Numbered from the stretch's first letter, positions 41,361 through 51,966 are shown. The stretch: 64,000 nt of DNA from an uncultured Mucispirillum sp. (GCA_944325215.1 CALUZC010000016.1:4231-68230), one strand, 5' to 3'. Made by a program: numbers and translations. The notes: generated by a model not told the origin, from the sequence alone.

Positions 41361-43126
41361 TGGAAACTAGTGTTAATAAATATTATAAAGAAAAATTAGA
41401 ACATTTAGAAAAATACGTTAATAAATATAACAATATTAATAGAAATATTGCAATATCTAAACTTATTGCATTTATTATTTCTATAACTGTTTTAGTGGTG
41501 TGGTATTTTAATGATGGGCTGCATGCTTCCATTATCTTTGCCGCACCACTTATTTTTATACTTTTAATTATTTTTGGTCAAAAATATATTGATTTATTTA
41601 GCTATTACTCAAATTTATATTCCTTTATAAAAGATGAATTAACCTTTAACCGTGGTGATTTTAGTGTTTTTCGTTCAAGGGAAGATTTTATAGACTATAA
41701 CCATGATTACTCGTATGATTTAGATATATTTGAGCGTGGCTCTATTTTTCATAGTATTAATAGATGCACTACTTTAGAAGGTGAAGAGTTACTTAAAAAT
41801 ATGATTTTAAGTCCAATACTTTCCCCTAATGAAATAATAAAATTTCAAAATGCTGTTAAAGAAATGGTTTCATATAGAGATATAAGCCATGAAATATCAG
41901 CTATATCTTATAAATCACCTAATTCACTAGATACTTTTATTTCTTTTTTAAAGCACATAAATCCTATAAAATATTCAACAATAATTGCTGCATATATATC
42001 TAGTGCTGTTACAATTTTATCAGTTATTTTATATGCCTTTAATATTGTCCCATCATTTGTTCCTATGGGTTTATTTACTTTACAATTTGCTGCTGCTTCA
42101 ATATTTACTAAAAAAACAAATGATGAATATGCACGTCTAAATAAGGCAAATAAAACATCTAAAACATATTTAGCTGTTAGTAAAGCTATAAAAGATAATG
42201 AATTTCAGTCTGAAATATTAAAAGAGATAAAAGAAAACTTAAATGGAATGTATAATAAAATAGCTGCACTTCAAAAAATAAATATGGAATTTGACCAAAG
42301 AAACAGTGGGTTATATTTTTTACTTTCCAATGGGTTATTTTTAAAAGATATTTTTTTAAATTATAAAATGAATAAATGGATTATGGAAAATAAAGAATAT
42401 ATTCCACTTTGGAGCAAAACAATTGCAAGATTAGATGTAATAAACAGCATATCTTCATATGCTTATAATAATAATGATTTTATTTTTCCTGAAATAAGTG
42501 ATGAATATATATTAAAAGCAGAAAATTTATCACACCCTTCTATAGATATAAATAAGCGTATAGGAAATAATATTGAAATATTAAAATCTCATAATTTCTT
42601 TATTGTAACAGGGGCTAATATGGCAGGAAAAAGCACTTTTATTCGTGCTGTTGGTATAAACTTGATACTTGCTTCTGCTGGTGCTCCAGTTTGTGCATCA
42701 AAATTTTTATTTCACCCTGTTCATATTTTTTCAAGTATGAGGACCAGTGATAAGCTAATGGACAGCACCTCATATTTTCATGCAGAATTAAAAAGACTTA
42801 AAATGCTTAAAGATAAAGCATCTTCTGGAAATGAAATGCTGATACTTCTTGATGAAATATTAAAAGGAACAAACTCACAAGATAAATTAAATGGTTCCAA
42901 ATTAGTATTAATGAAGTTTATTACTTATAATATGGCTGGTATTTTAGCAACCCATGATACAGCTTTAGGCGAACTTCAAAAAGAATATCCTAATAACTTT
43001 GAAAATTACTATTTTGATTTTAATATTGATGAAAACGGAGAATTAATATTTGATTATAAACTAAAAAAAGGCGTATCAAAAAACATGAACGCCTCCATAT
43101 TAATTAATAAAATGCTTGAAAGTTAA
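41360..43126 (+). CDS. MutS-related protein (ATPase domain V only) with an N-terminal membrane anchor
   Basis: The C-terminal region has FFIVTGANMAGKSTFIRAVG (Walker A) and LLDEILKGTNSQD (Walker B), as in MutS domain V. There is no mismatch-binding domain and no Smr domain. 2-4 TM helices at the N-terminus. Its ATG overlaps the HU stop (TAATGG). Confidence 0.75.
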   Translation: METSVNKYYKEKLEHLEKYVNKYNNINRNIAISKLIAFIISITVLVVWYFNDGLHASIIFAAPLIFILLIIFGQKYIDLFSYYSNLYSFIKDELTFNRGDFSVFRSREDFIDYNHDYSYDLDIFERGSIFHSINRCTTLEGEELLKNMILSPILSPNEIIKFQNAVKEMVSYRDISHEISAISYKSPNSLDTFISFLKHINPIKYSTIIAAYISSAVTILSVILYAFNIVPSFVPMGLFTLQFAAASIFTKKTNDEYARLNKANKTSKTYLAVSKAIKDNEFQSEILKEIKENLNGMYNKIAALQKINMEFDQRNSGLYFLLSNGLFLKDIFLNYKMNKWIMENKEYIPLWSKTIARLDVINSISSYAYNNNDFIFPEISDEYILKAENLSHPSIDINKRIGNNIEILKSHNFFIVTGANMAGKSTFIRAVGINLILASAGAPVCASKFLFHPVHIFSSMRTSDKLMDSTSYFHAELKRLKMLKDKASSGNEMLILLDEILKGTNSQDKLNGSKLVLMKFITYNMAGILATHDTALGELQKEYPNNFENYYFDFNIDENGELIFDYKLKKGVSKNMNASILINKMLES

Positions 43127-44013
43127 AGCCCTTGAATATCTAAATATTCTTTTTTAGCCACCCAGTTTTCTTTTACCTTAACAAGTATATTCAAACGAAC
43201 ATTTTTCTCAAAAAATGATTCTAAATTTTTACGAGCGGCTGTTCCAATTTTTTTAAGCATAGAGCCACCCTCACCTATTACTATACCTTTTTGAGAATCT
43301 CTATTTACATAAATAATAGCATCTATTTCCATTACTTTTGATTTATCTCTATAATCTTCAATATAAACAAGTGTATCATGCGGCACTTCGTTTCTAAGCC
43401 TTATAAAAAGCTGTTCTCTAATATATTCTGATATTAGAAATTTTTCAGGCTGAGTTGTAATTAAATCTTCATCATACTGCATAATATTTTCTGGAAGCTC
43501 ATCGTATAAAAGATTCATTAATGTATCAACATTGATATTTTTTTGTGCAGAAACAGGCAGCACATGCTTAAATTTGCATAATGGAAAAATTTCTTCTGCT
43601 GTTTTATACACAACTTCTTTAGAAACTGCATCTATTTTTGTAATAATCAATATTTTTTCCTGTGGTGCATCTTTTATAAGGCTTATCAAATTATTAAAAT
43701 CTTTTCCTCTTTTACCACCTGCTTCCACTAATAAGCATATAACATCAACAATAGAAAGGCTGTCTACTGCCTGCTGAACTATTGCTTTATTTAAAGAGTT
43801 TTTTGGAGAATGAAAACCGGGAGTATCTACAAAAATAGCCTGATATTCATCTGTTGTTTTAATACCATAAATTGCATTTCTTGTAGTCTGTGGAGTTCTA
43901 GAAACTATGGCTATTTTTTCACCAATGATAGTATTAAGTAATGTTGATTTTCCAGCATTAGGAAGCCCAGCAAGAGCAATAAGACCTGCATGAAAAGGTT
44001 TTGCATCACTCAT
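43123..44013 (-). CDS. era: GTPase Era
   Basis: I chose the start at ATG 44013 (AGAGGG SD). The track start at 44034 is a GTG. Motifs GLIALAGLPNAGKSTL (G1) and DTPG, plus a C-terminal KH domain. Confidence 0.9.
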   Translation of the reverse strand: MSDAKPFHAGLIALAGLPNAGKSTLLNTIIGEKIAIVSRTPQTTRNAIYGIKTTDEYQAIFVDTPGFHSPKNSLNKAIVQQAVDSLSIVDVICLLVEAGGKRGKDFNNLISLIKDAPQEKILIITKIDAVSKEVVYKTAEEIFPLCKFKHVLPVSAQKNINVDTLMNLLYDELPENIMQYDEDLITTQPEKFLISEYIREQLFIRLRNEVPHDTLVYIEDYRDKSKVMEIDAIIYVNRDSQKGIVIGEGGSMLKKIGTAARKNLESFFEKNVRLNILVKVKENWVAKKEYLDIQGL

Positions 44014-45298
44014 TTGAACCCTCTGTTTCTTCACTTACATTATTTAATATTTCCATTTCTAAAACATCTATTCTTCTATTTTCCATAGCTTTGATTATAA
44101 ATTTAAAATTATTCCAGCTAAATTCATCACCTATTTTTGGAACTTCCCCTGCCAAGTTAAATACAAAACCTGCAATAGTGTCATAATCATCATCTTCTGC
44201 AAAATCATCGATATTAAAGTAATCACAAAAATCTGTAACGGTCATTCTGCCATTAATGATATATTTAGTATCATTAATTTTCTTTATTTCTTCACTATCA
44301 ATATCATATTCATCAAGAATATCGCCTACTATTTCTTCTAATATATCTTCCATAGTAATAATACCTGCTGTGCCACCATATTCATCTACAACAACAGCAA
44401 TATGAAGCTTACATTTTTGAAACTCTTTAAGCATTAAATCAATTTTTTTAGTTTCTGGTACAAAAAGTGGTTTTCTAATTAGTTTAAGTAAATCATCTCT
44501 ACTGTAATCTGTACCTTTTAACCTGATTAAATCTTTAACGTATAATATACCTACGATATTATCTAAAGAATTTCTATAAACTGGGATACGCGAAAATTCA
44601 GATGTTCTTACAATTTCTTTTATTTCTTCAATTGTAGCACTTTCACTTACTGCAGTAACTTCTGTTCTTGGCACCATGATTTCTTTAACATCAATATCTG
44701 CAATATCAAAAATATTATTTATCATCTCGCCTTTATCATGTTGTAATACTCCTTCCTGTTCTCCTGCATTAATTAAAAACTCTAGTTCATCTTCAGAAAA
44801 GGTTGAGTCTTTTTTAAGGCTTTTACCAAATAATTTTAATGTAAATTCAGTAATTGTATCTGAAATTAAAATAAATGGAGAAAATAAATAATAAAATTTA
44901 CCTAAAATACTAAGGTTAAATTCTGAAAAACATAAAACATCATACCTTGCAAGAGTTTTAGGAATTGTTTCTCCAAAAATTAGGACTAAAAAGAAAATAA
45001 TAACAGCAGCAATTAATAATGAATAATTAATAAAATACTTATCAGCTATATCAATAATAATAAAAGCACAAATAATATTAAATAAAGTATTTCCTAAAAA
45101 TATAGTATTTAATACTCTATTACGCCTTTTTATCCATATATTTGAAACAGAGTTTTCATCTACTTGATCACCTAAAAAAATATGTTTTACTTTTACTTCA
45201 CTAAGTAAAGAAAGAGCAGTTTCCATTGCTGAAAAATAAGATGACAACATCAGTGCAGCAACCAATACAGCAATTTCCCACCAAATACTAATATCCAC
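44006..45298 (-). CDS. CorC/HlyC-family (CNNM) transporter-associated protein: DUF21 + CBS pair + CorC_HlyC domains (TlyC-like hemolysin family)
   Basis: GTG start with a GGAGA SD. Four N-terminal TM helices, a CBS pair, and a C-terminal transporter-associated domain. Confidence 0.85.
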   Translation of the reverse strand: MDISIWWEIAVLVAALMLSSYFSAMETALSLLSEVKVKHIFLGDQVDENSVSNIWIKRRNRVLNTIFLGNTLFNIICAFIIIDIADKYFINYSLLIAAVIIFFLVLIFGETIPKTLARYDVLCFSEFNLSILGKFYYLFSPFILISDTITEFTLKLFGKSLKKDSTFSEDELEFLINAGEQEGVLQHDKGEMINNIFDIADIDVKEIMVPRTEVTAVSESATIEEIKEIVRTSEFSRIPVYRNSLDNIVGILYVKDLIRLKGTDYSRDDLLKLIRKPLFVPETKKIDLMLKEFQKCKLHIAVVVDEYGGTAGIITMEDILEEIVGDILDEYDIDSEEIKKINDTKYIINGRMTVTDFCDYFNIDDFAEDDDYDTIAGFVFNLAGEVPKIGDEFSWNNFKFIIKAMENRRIDVLEMEILNNVSEETEGSNE

Positions 45299-45437
45299 AA
45301 TTCATCTCCATAAATAAATATTGAAAAATAAGACAAAAATATAAGACTAAAAAGAAAGGTAATAAAAAATAATTAATACGACGACAATAACAATCCATAA
45401 ATAAAAATACACCCAGTATATATTTGTTATATAATAA

Positions 45438-45872
45438 CTATGAAACCACTTTATAGTCAATAAGTTTTTTTAAAATTTCTTCCTGTAATGTAAACATTTC
45501 TTTTTCATCTTCAGCACTTGTTTCATGGTCATACCCTAAAAGATGCAGTAAACCATGTATAAATAAAAACGCCACTTCCCTATCCACATTAATATCTCTT
45601 TCTAATGCCTGTTTTTTTGCAGTATCTAAAGAAATAACAATATCACCAAGCATAATATCATCTTCCATTGGAAAAGATAAAACATCTGTTGGTTTATCTT
45701 TCTGCCTGTATTCTTTATTTAACAAGTGTATTGTTTCATCATTAGTTATAAGTAAGGATATTTCATACTGGTTTTCTTTATTATTTAAATAATCAAAAAC
45801 AGCCTCAGCAATTTTCATGAAAAATTCATATGTTAAATGGCTGTTTTCTTCATCAGTATAAAGTAGTTTCAT
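45438..45872 (-). CDS. ybeY: rRNA maturation endoribonuclease YbeY
   Basis: HGLLHLLGYDHE is the zinc-binding H3xH5xH motif. 144 aa. Confidence 0.9.
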   Translation of the reverse strand: MKLLYTDEENSHLTYEFFMKIAEAVFDYLNNKENQYEISLLITNDETIHLLNKEYRQKDKPTDVLSFPMEDDIMLGDIVISLDTAKKQALERDINVDREVAFLFIHGLLHLLGYDHETSAEDEKEMFTLQEEILKKLIDYKVVS

Positions 45873-45876
45873 ATAA

Positions 45877-46833
45877 TTAATCCTTTTGCATAGCTTTATC
45901 GTATGCTCTTACAATTTTTGAAACTAACGGGTGGCGAACAACATCTTTATCGCTAAATTTTATAAAAGCTATTTCATCAATACTATTTAATACATTCATA
46001 GCTGTAACAAGCCCAGAGCGTTTATCTGGTGGTAAATCTATTTGAGTAATATCTCCAGTAATTACAGCTTTTGAGTTAAAACCAAGACGAGTTAAAAACA
46101 TTTTCATTTGTTCTTCTGTAGTATTTTGTGCCTCATCTAAAATAACAAATGAGTCATTTAAGGTTCTGCCACGCATAAAAGCAAGCGGTGCAACTTCTAT
46201 TATACTTTTTTCTATTAGTTTTGTAACATAATCTATATCCATCATAGTATATAATGCATCATATAATGGTCTTAAATAAGGGTTTATTTTATCAGCAATA
46301 TCGCCCGGTAAAAACCCAAGTTTTTCACCAGCTTCCACAGCAGGTCTTGCTAAAATAATGCGGGAAACTTTTTTAGATAAAAACTGGTTTACAGCCATAG
46401 CCATAGCAAGATATGTTTTTCCAGTGCCTGCAGGGCCTATTCCAAAAATCATATCTTTTTCACTCATAGCTTTTATATATTCCTTTTGAGATGGTGATTT
46501 AGCTGTTACAATTTTTGCCCAGCCACCAACCTTAATATGTTCTGTTAAAACGCTGCTAATATCGATTTTTTCGCCTTTTGAAGCCATTTTTAAAGCATAT
46601 GCCACATCTTCTGATGATAACTCTCTTTTAGATGCAGTCTTAATTAATTCCTCAAAAAGATTAACTGTTCTTTCAATATTTTCACTATCTTCTGAAACAA
46701 TGGTAACATTTTCTCCCAGTGCTGATAAATGAACTTTCATACTTTTTTCAATATGCTTAATATTAGAATCCTGCCTGCCAAATATATAAGGCTGAATAGC
46801 TGCTGGAACTATAATCTCTTTTTGGATATTCAA
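45877..46833 (-). CDS. phoH: PhoH-like ATPase
   Basis: GPAGTGKTYLAMA Walker A motif. The N-terminus aligns with E. coli YbeZ. Apparent TTG start overlapping the upstream stop (TTGA). Confidence 0.88.
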   Translation of the reverse strand: MNIQKEIIVPAAIQPYIFGRQDSNIKHIEKSMKVHLSALGENVTIVSEDSENIERTVNLFEELIKTASKRELSSEDVAYALKMASKGEKIDISSVLTEHIKVGGWAKIVTAKSPSQKEYIKAMSEKDMIFGIGPAGTGKTYLAMAMAVNQFLSKKVSRIILARPAVEAGEKLGFLPGDIADKINPYLRPLYDALYTMMDIDYVTKLIEKSIIEVAPLAFMRGRTLNDSFVILDEAQNTTEEQMKMFLTRLGFNSKAVITGDITQIDLPPDKRSGLVTAMNVLNSIDEIAFIKFSDKDVVRHPLVSKIVRAYDKAMQKD

Positions 46834-49460
46834 AACCTGCCTCCAATTTCATTTTTTATAAACTTTATTTCATCATCTTTTGTATTTACTATATTATCTA
46901 ACTTAGCTTTTAATAACATATCAAGATATTTTTTTACTTCAGGTCCTTTTTTTACACCAAGATTTAATAAATCATTACCATTTAATGATATTTTTACATT
47001 TTTATAAACTGTTAAATAATCTTTTATAATATCCTGTTTGCTTTCCCCCATAACAGTAGCCAGTGCCAAAGCACTTTCATCTGTTAAATTAGAGCATATA
47101 CCATAAATAAAAGATGGTTTATGGTCTTTATATCTTTTAAACAGTCCATTAGCATATTCCATATATTTATGGTCATTCTTTAGTAAAACAGATTTTTTTA
47201 AAGGAATATCAAGATTATCAATAAATTGAATATATTCTTCCCCTTTAATTATAAAGAATAAAATATTAAACCTTACTCTCCAAATCTCCACATCTTTTTC
47301 AAACTGTATTTTATACCAATTATAAAGGTTTTCCCCTCTTTTAAATTTTGCTGCAAGTTCATCATCATATTTAATCTTACTGCTGTATATTTTTAGAATA
47401 TTATATTTATTTAAAAGCTGTAAAGCCTGCAAATAATTTTCTTCCTGCAAAATATATTTTAACTCTAAAAATTTTCTAGAGCCTATAATCCTATTATATA
47501 AATCAAGGCTTTGGGCGTGTTTTAAAAGCCTTTCAGTATGGCTGCCTATTTCAAAACCAAAACGGACGGCAAACCTGATTGCTCTTAAAGCACGTGATGG
47601 GTCATCAACTATACTTAATGAATGGAGTACTCTTATTTTTTTATCCTGAATATCTTTCTGCCCCATGAAAAAATCAAGCAGATTTCCAAACTGCTCGCCA
47701 TCAAGCCTTACAGCCATTGCATTAATAGTAAAATCTCTGCGAAACAGGTCACTTTTAACAGAAGATTCTACAACTTCTGGAGCAGCAGCTGGAGTTATAT
47801 AATATTCTGTTCTTGCTGTTGCAAAATCTATTTTAAACCCATTCTCCATTGTAACAACAGCTGTTTTAAACTTTTGATGAATAAATACTTTGCCACCATA
47901 TTTTTTAGCATAGGCAGATGCAAACTTTGTGCCGTCCCCTTCTATAACTATATCTATATCAAAATTTTTCTTATCCATTAATAAATCACGGACAAAACCA
48001 CCAACAACATATGCTTTATAGTTTAATTCTTCTGCTAATGCACCAATATTTTTTAAAATAGATAATATATGTTTATCTAAATTATCCTGCATTAGATTAT
48101 TTACATTTCTATTTTTAAGTATTCCAAACTGGCTTCGTTTTTTATCTGCATACTTAGACTGTAAAATAATATCTTCATGCATTAGCCTTAAAAGGTCAGT
48201 TCGTGTTACAACACCAACTATTCCTTTATTATTTTCAACTGGTAAAAGTTTTTGGTTTTCATATACCATTATGGCTTCTGCTTCATAAAAAGGAGTTTCA
48301 GGGTGAACTGTTTCAAATTCTGTCTGCATTATATTATTTATGCTTTCATATTCTAACCCGTGTTTTACCCCATGGAGTATATCTTTTCTTGATATTATAC
48401 CTATAGTTTTATTATTTTCTATAACAGGCATATAGTTTAAATTAAACTTCATAGTTAAATCAACTGCATCTTTTAATATGGCATTACTTTCCACATACTT
48501 TACATGGGTTGTCATTATTTCTTGTATAGTTTTAACAGGCTTAACTGTTTCTCTTATAACATATTTAAGCATTTCTAAAGTTTCAGCTATCATTTTATCT
48601 TTAATAATAGCACTGCCTGCAACACTGTGTCCCCCGCCACCAAATTGGGATACAATACTTAAAACATTAACTCTTTCATCGTTACTTCTGCCAATTAAAA
48701 CAAGCCTGCCACCTGTGGAAATCAATGTAAATAATGAGCTTAACCCTTCTATTGCCATAAGTTTATGGGTAATAAGAGCTGCTTCGTCAATATAATCATC
48801 CACTGTGGCAAATGAATAAGCAACATCAACACCGCCAACAGTTATAATTGATAAATTAAGTAACAGTTCATTTAAAAGCATAACTTGAATATTACTTAAT
48901 TCTCGCTGAATATAATCATTAGCTGAAGTAGTATCTGCTTTTTTTGAAATTAAATATGCTAAAGATAGAGCATCTATTTCTTTTGTTTTACTAAATGTTA
49001 AAAGCCCAGTATCTTCATATATGCCTAAAGCTAAAAATGTGGCTTCTTCTTTTGAAATATTTATATTTTCTTTTTTTAAAATCTCTACCATTAAGCTTGT
49101 TACTGCACCAATTTCTTGTATATTTTTATTATCTGTTTCTATATCGCAGCTGCTTTTATTATGGTGGTCATATATAATAATATTATCTGCTATATCAATT
49201 AAGCATGCAAGTTTTCCAAGCCTTGCTGTTTGGTTACAGTCTGTAATTATTAGATTATCTATTTTTGTAATCTCTTTATATGTTTTATCGTTATACTGTT
49301 TTATATTAATACTAAACTCATTATCTTTTATAAACTTAAAAACATTGTTTTCCATATTAGAGCATAAAGCAATATGGTCGCAGTTATAAAGTTTATAAGC
49401 AGCGTAAGCACTGGCAACAGCATCAAAATCTGGGTTGATATGTGTAATTACTATATTCAT
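46830..49460 (-). CDS. Multidomain protein: DHH/DHHA1 phosphoesterase (NrnA-like) + CBS pair + poly(A) polymerase / CCA-adding nucleotidyltransferase head domain
   Basis: N-terminal DHH motif (ITHINPDFDAVAS), GGGH motif of DHHA1, two CBS motifs, then GGFVRDLLMDKKNFDIDIVIEGDG (nucleotidyltransferase GGxVRD and DxD). Its ATG overlaps the xerD stop. Confidence 0.75.
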   Translation of the reverse strand: MNIVITHINPDFDAVASAYAAYKLYNCDHIALCSNMENNVFKFIKDNEFSINIKQYNDKTYKEITKIDNLIITDCNQTARLGKLACLIDIADNIIIYDHHNKSSCDIETDNKNIQEIGAVTSLMVEILKKENINISKEEATFLALGIYEDTGLLTFSKTKEIDALSLAYLISKKADTTSANDYIQRELSNIQVMLLNELLLNLSIITVGGVDVAYSFATVDDYIDEAALITHKLMAIEGLSSLFTLISTGGRLVLIGRSNDERVNVLSIVSQFGGGGHSVAGSAIIKDKMIAETLEMLKYVIRETVKPVKTIQEIMTTHVKYVESNAILKDAVDLTMKFNLNYMPVIENNKTIGIISRKDILHGVKHGLEYESINNIMQTEFETVHPETPFYEAEAIMVYENQKLLPVENNKGIVGVVTRTDLLRLMHEDIILQSKYADKKRSQFGILKNRNVNNLMQDNLDKHILSILKNIGALAEELNYKAYVVGGFVRDLLMDKKNFDIDIVIEGDGTKFASAYAKKYGGKVFIHQKFKTAVVTMENGFKIDFATARTEYYITPAAAPEVVESSVKSDLFRRDFTINAMAVRLDGEQFGNLLDFFMGQKDIQDKKIRVLHSLSIVDDPSRALRAIRFAVRFGFEIGSHTERLLKHAQSLDLYNRIIGSRKFLELKYILQEENYLQALQLLNKYNILKIYSSKIKYDDELAAKFKRGENLYNWYKIQFEKDVEIWRVRFNILFFIIKGEEYIQFIDNLDIPLKKSVLLKNDHKYMEYANGLFKRYKDHKPSFIYGICSNLTDESALALATVMGESKQDIIKDYLTVYKNVKISLNGNDLLNLGVKKGPEVKKYLDMLLKAKLDNIVNTKDDEIKFIKNEIGGRF

Positions 49461-50356
49461 TTTCTATGGTATCTCGGGTGAAAATTCATTATTGTATTTC
49501 TTTTATCATCATCTGTAACATGAGTATATATTTCTGTGGTAGAAATATTTGAATGCCCCAAAAATATTTGCAGCGTTCTTAAATCTGCACCATTTGAAAG
49601 CATATGAGTTGCAAATGAATGACGCATAGTATGTGGGGATACATGTTTTGTAATATTATTTTCAGCACATTTTGCTTTTACCATATTCCATATATGCTGC
49701 CTTGTAAGCATTTTCCCATGCTGGTTTAAAAATAAATATCCTTCATCGCTTCCTTTTACAAAATATTCCTGCCTAATAGGAAGATAGTCTTCTAGTTTTT
49801 GTAATAATGCTGCATAAAGTGGCACAATTCGTTGTTTTGAGCCTTTACCTATTACCTTGATTATACCCCTTTTAAAATCAATATCTCTAAGTTTTACAGC
49901 AATTAACTCACTAACACGCATACCTGTTGCATATAATGTTTCCATTATAAGACAATCTCTTTGTTTAATTGGGGTAGAACAATCATTGCAGGTAATCAAT
50001 TTTTCCACTTCAAAAAAATCAAGAAAATCAGGCAGTTTATGCCACTGTCTAGGCTTTGATATAAATTCAACAGGGTTTACCTGAACATCTTTTTCTATTA
50101 TTAAAAAATCATAATACTGGGAAAGCCCAGACAGCCTGCGTAATATAGTTTCTATGGACTGGTTATTTTTACGCATAAAAGACATAAAGGATACAATATC
50201 TGTTGGGCTAATATTTACAAGATTACCTTTATAAAATTTAAAAAGAGTTTCCAAATCCTGCAAATAAGATACAACAGAATTATCACTCATACCAAGTTCA
50301 AACCGTAAATACTGCTTAAATTCATTATATTTATAAGGTTTATCTTTATCTGCCAT
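49457..50356 (-). CDS. Tyrosine site-specific recombinase XerC/XerD
   Basis: The catalytic residues R...HxxR...Y are embedded in HTMRHSFATHMLSNGADLRTLQIFLGHSNISTTEIYTHV. 299 aa. Confidence 0.85.
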   Translation of the reverse strand: MADKDKPYKYNEFKQYLRFELGMSDNSVVSYLQDLETLFKFYKGNLVNISPTDIVSFMSFMRKNNQSIETILRRLSGLSQYYDFLIIEKDVQVNPVEFISKPRQWHKLPDFLDFFEVEKLITCNDCSTPIKQRDCLIMETLYATGMRVSELIAVKLRDIDFKRGIIKVIGKGSKQRIVPLYAALLQKLEDYLPIRQEYFVKGSDEGYLFLNQHGKMLTRQHIWNMVKAKCAENNITKHVSPHTMRHSFATHMLSNGADLRTLQIFLGHSNISTTEIYTHVTDDDKRNTIMNFHPRYHRK

Positions 50357-50361
50357 ATATA

Positions 50362-51195
50362 TTATACCATTTTTAATCTTTCATAAATTGGTTTTAGTAT
50401 ATCATCATCTGTAAATTCTAAAGTATTTGCCCCAAGGGAGCTTACTTTCCCATTTTCACCGTGAAAATCGCTGCCACCAGATATTAAAAGCCCTGTTTCT
50501 TTTGCAATATCTACATATATATTCTTTTTATCTTCTGGATTATGGCTTGAAAACGCCTCTATTCCGTCTAAGCCTATATTTTTATATTCTTTCATTAATG
50601 ATAATAATTCATTATCTGATAATTTTAAAGTATATGGATGAGCCACAAATGAAAGCCCGCCAGCATTTTTTATAACGCTTAATGCTCTTTCAACTTCTAC
50701 CTGCTGTTTTTTATAGGCAAGTGGTGCACCATTTTGTAAATATTTTTCAAATGCTTCTTGAATAGAAGTTACCACATTATTTTTTAAAAGGTATTTAGCC
50801 ACATGGGGTCTTCCCAGTTGAGCGTTTGGGTTGCTTATTAAATCACTTATTTTTACATTCTTTTTAACTAATTTAGAAAGCCCTGCAAGCATTTTTTCAT
50901 TACGCTTTATTCTATAATATTTAACTTCTTCTTCCATATCTTTTAGGTCTTTGTTATTTATATCTATAAAAAGCCCTACTATATGAAGCTCTCCTTTTGG
51001 GATTTCTACACTTATTTCAATACCGGGTATTCTTTTAATATCACTTTTAGTATTTATAAATTCACTAATTCCGTCAGTTGTATCATGGTCTGTTAAAGCA
51101 AAATGAGTAATATTTAATTTTTCAGCCATTTTAATAAGCTCACTTGGAGCATAGCTTCCGTCAGATGCTGTAGAGTGGCAGTGTAAATCTATCAT
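50362..51195 (-). CDS. PHP-domain phosphoesterase (TrpH/YciV-like)
   Basis: MIDLHCHSTASDGS is the PHP motif I, with further His/Asp motifs downstream. Confidence 0.8.
   Translation of the reverse strand: MIDLHCHSTASDGSYAPSELIKMAEKLNITHFALTDHDTTDGISEFINTKSDIKRIPGIEISVEIPKGELHIVGLFIDINNKDLKDMEEEVKYYRIKRNEKMLAGLSKLVKKNVKISDLISNPNAQLGRPHVAKYLLKNNVVTSIQEAFEKYLQNGAPLAYKKQQVEVERALSVIKNAGGLSFVAHPYTLKLSDNELLSLMKEYKNIGLDGIEAFSSHNPEDKKNIYVDIAKETGLLISGGSDFHGENGKVSSLGANTLEFTDDDILKPIYERLKMV
51038..51072. repeat. Copy A of a 35-bp exact direct repeat (atatcacttttagtatttataaattcactaattcc), inside the PHP-domain CDS
   Basis: Exact match to 52021..52055, read directly from the sequence. Degenerate similarity extends about 12 nt further 5'. 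Confidence 0.6.
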
Positions 51196-51349
51196 ATATT
51201 TATCCTAATAAGTTTCATTATACTATTTAATATATCTATACCATTTAGATTAAAAAATAAAGATAAATTTATACTATAATTACACTGTTGTATAATAGAT
51301 AATATATTATATAATCAAAATATTTTAGATAATACATTATAAATATAAA

Positions 51350-51949
51350 CTATTTTTCTCCTGCAATCATATTTTTAGTAAAAGATTTAGAATAAAGAGA
51401 TATATTTTTAAAACCACTGCACTCCATAGCATATTTTATCTCCTCATAACTATATTCTTTCATATTTTTAATAAATTTTTCCCAAAAAACATTTTTCTTT
51501 CTTAAAACTTCCATAAAAATATATATTTTGCTATTAGGTTTCATAATTCTATATATTTCTTTAAATGCATTATGTAAATCTTTCCAAAAGTATATGGATT
51601 CAAAAGATACAACAATATCAAAATAATCATTTTTATAGGGAGTATTAAGCACACTGCTTTTGTTTAAATATACCTGTTTATTTAATTTTTCTTGATTTAA
51701 AATACTGGCTTTTTCAATGCTTTTTTCTGATATATCAATACCATATATATTACAACTGCTGTATTTTTCACTTATTATTTTTATTGCTGAACCACCACCG
51801 CATCCTATATCTAATATATTATCACCATCATTCACATTTAAATAAGATATACCCCACAAATGAAGTTTTCTATGACCTTTATTCATCATTTTGATTAATA
51901 AACTGCCTAATTTACCTTTAGGGTTTCCAAAATTTTCTAAAATATACAT
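51350..51949 (-). CDS. Class I SAM-dependent methyltransferase
   Basis: Motif I ILDIGCGGGSAI. 199 aa. Confidence 0.8.
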   Translation of the reverse strand: MYILENFGNPKGKLGSLLIKMMNKGHRKLHLWGISYLNVNDGDNILDIGCGGGSAIKIISEKYSSCNIYGIDISEKSIEKASILNQEKLNKQVYLNKSSVLNTPYKNDYFDIVVSFESIYFWKDLHNAFKEIYRIMKPNSKIYIFMEVLRKKNVFWEKFIKNMKEYSYEEIKYAMECSGFKNISLYSKSFTKNMIAGEK

Positions 51950-51966
51950 ATTATCACCAAGTTATT

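Noticed and set aside
44006-44034. 29-nt overlap between era and the corC-like gene implied by the ORF track
   Set aside because: The track's era start at 44034 is a GTG. An in-frame ATG at 44013 with an AGAGGG SD gives an Era N-terminus of normal length and removes the overlap.
49457-50356. Tyrosine recombinase as a marker of an integrated mobile element or prophage
   Set aside because: It is XerC/D-length (299 aa) with chromosomal-type motifs and sits in a housekeeping gene run. No att-like repeats, phage genes or tRNA target were found, and the only repeat (35 bp) is 0.7 kb away.
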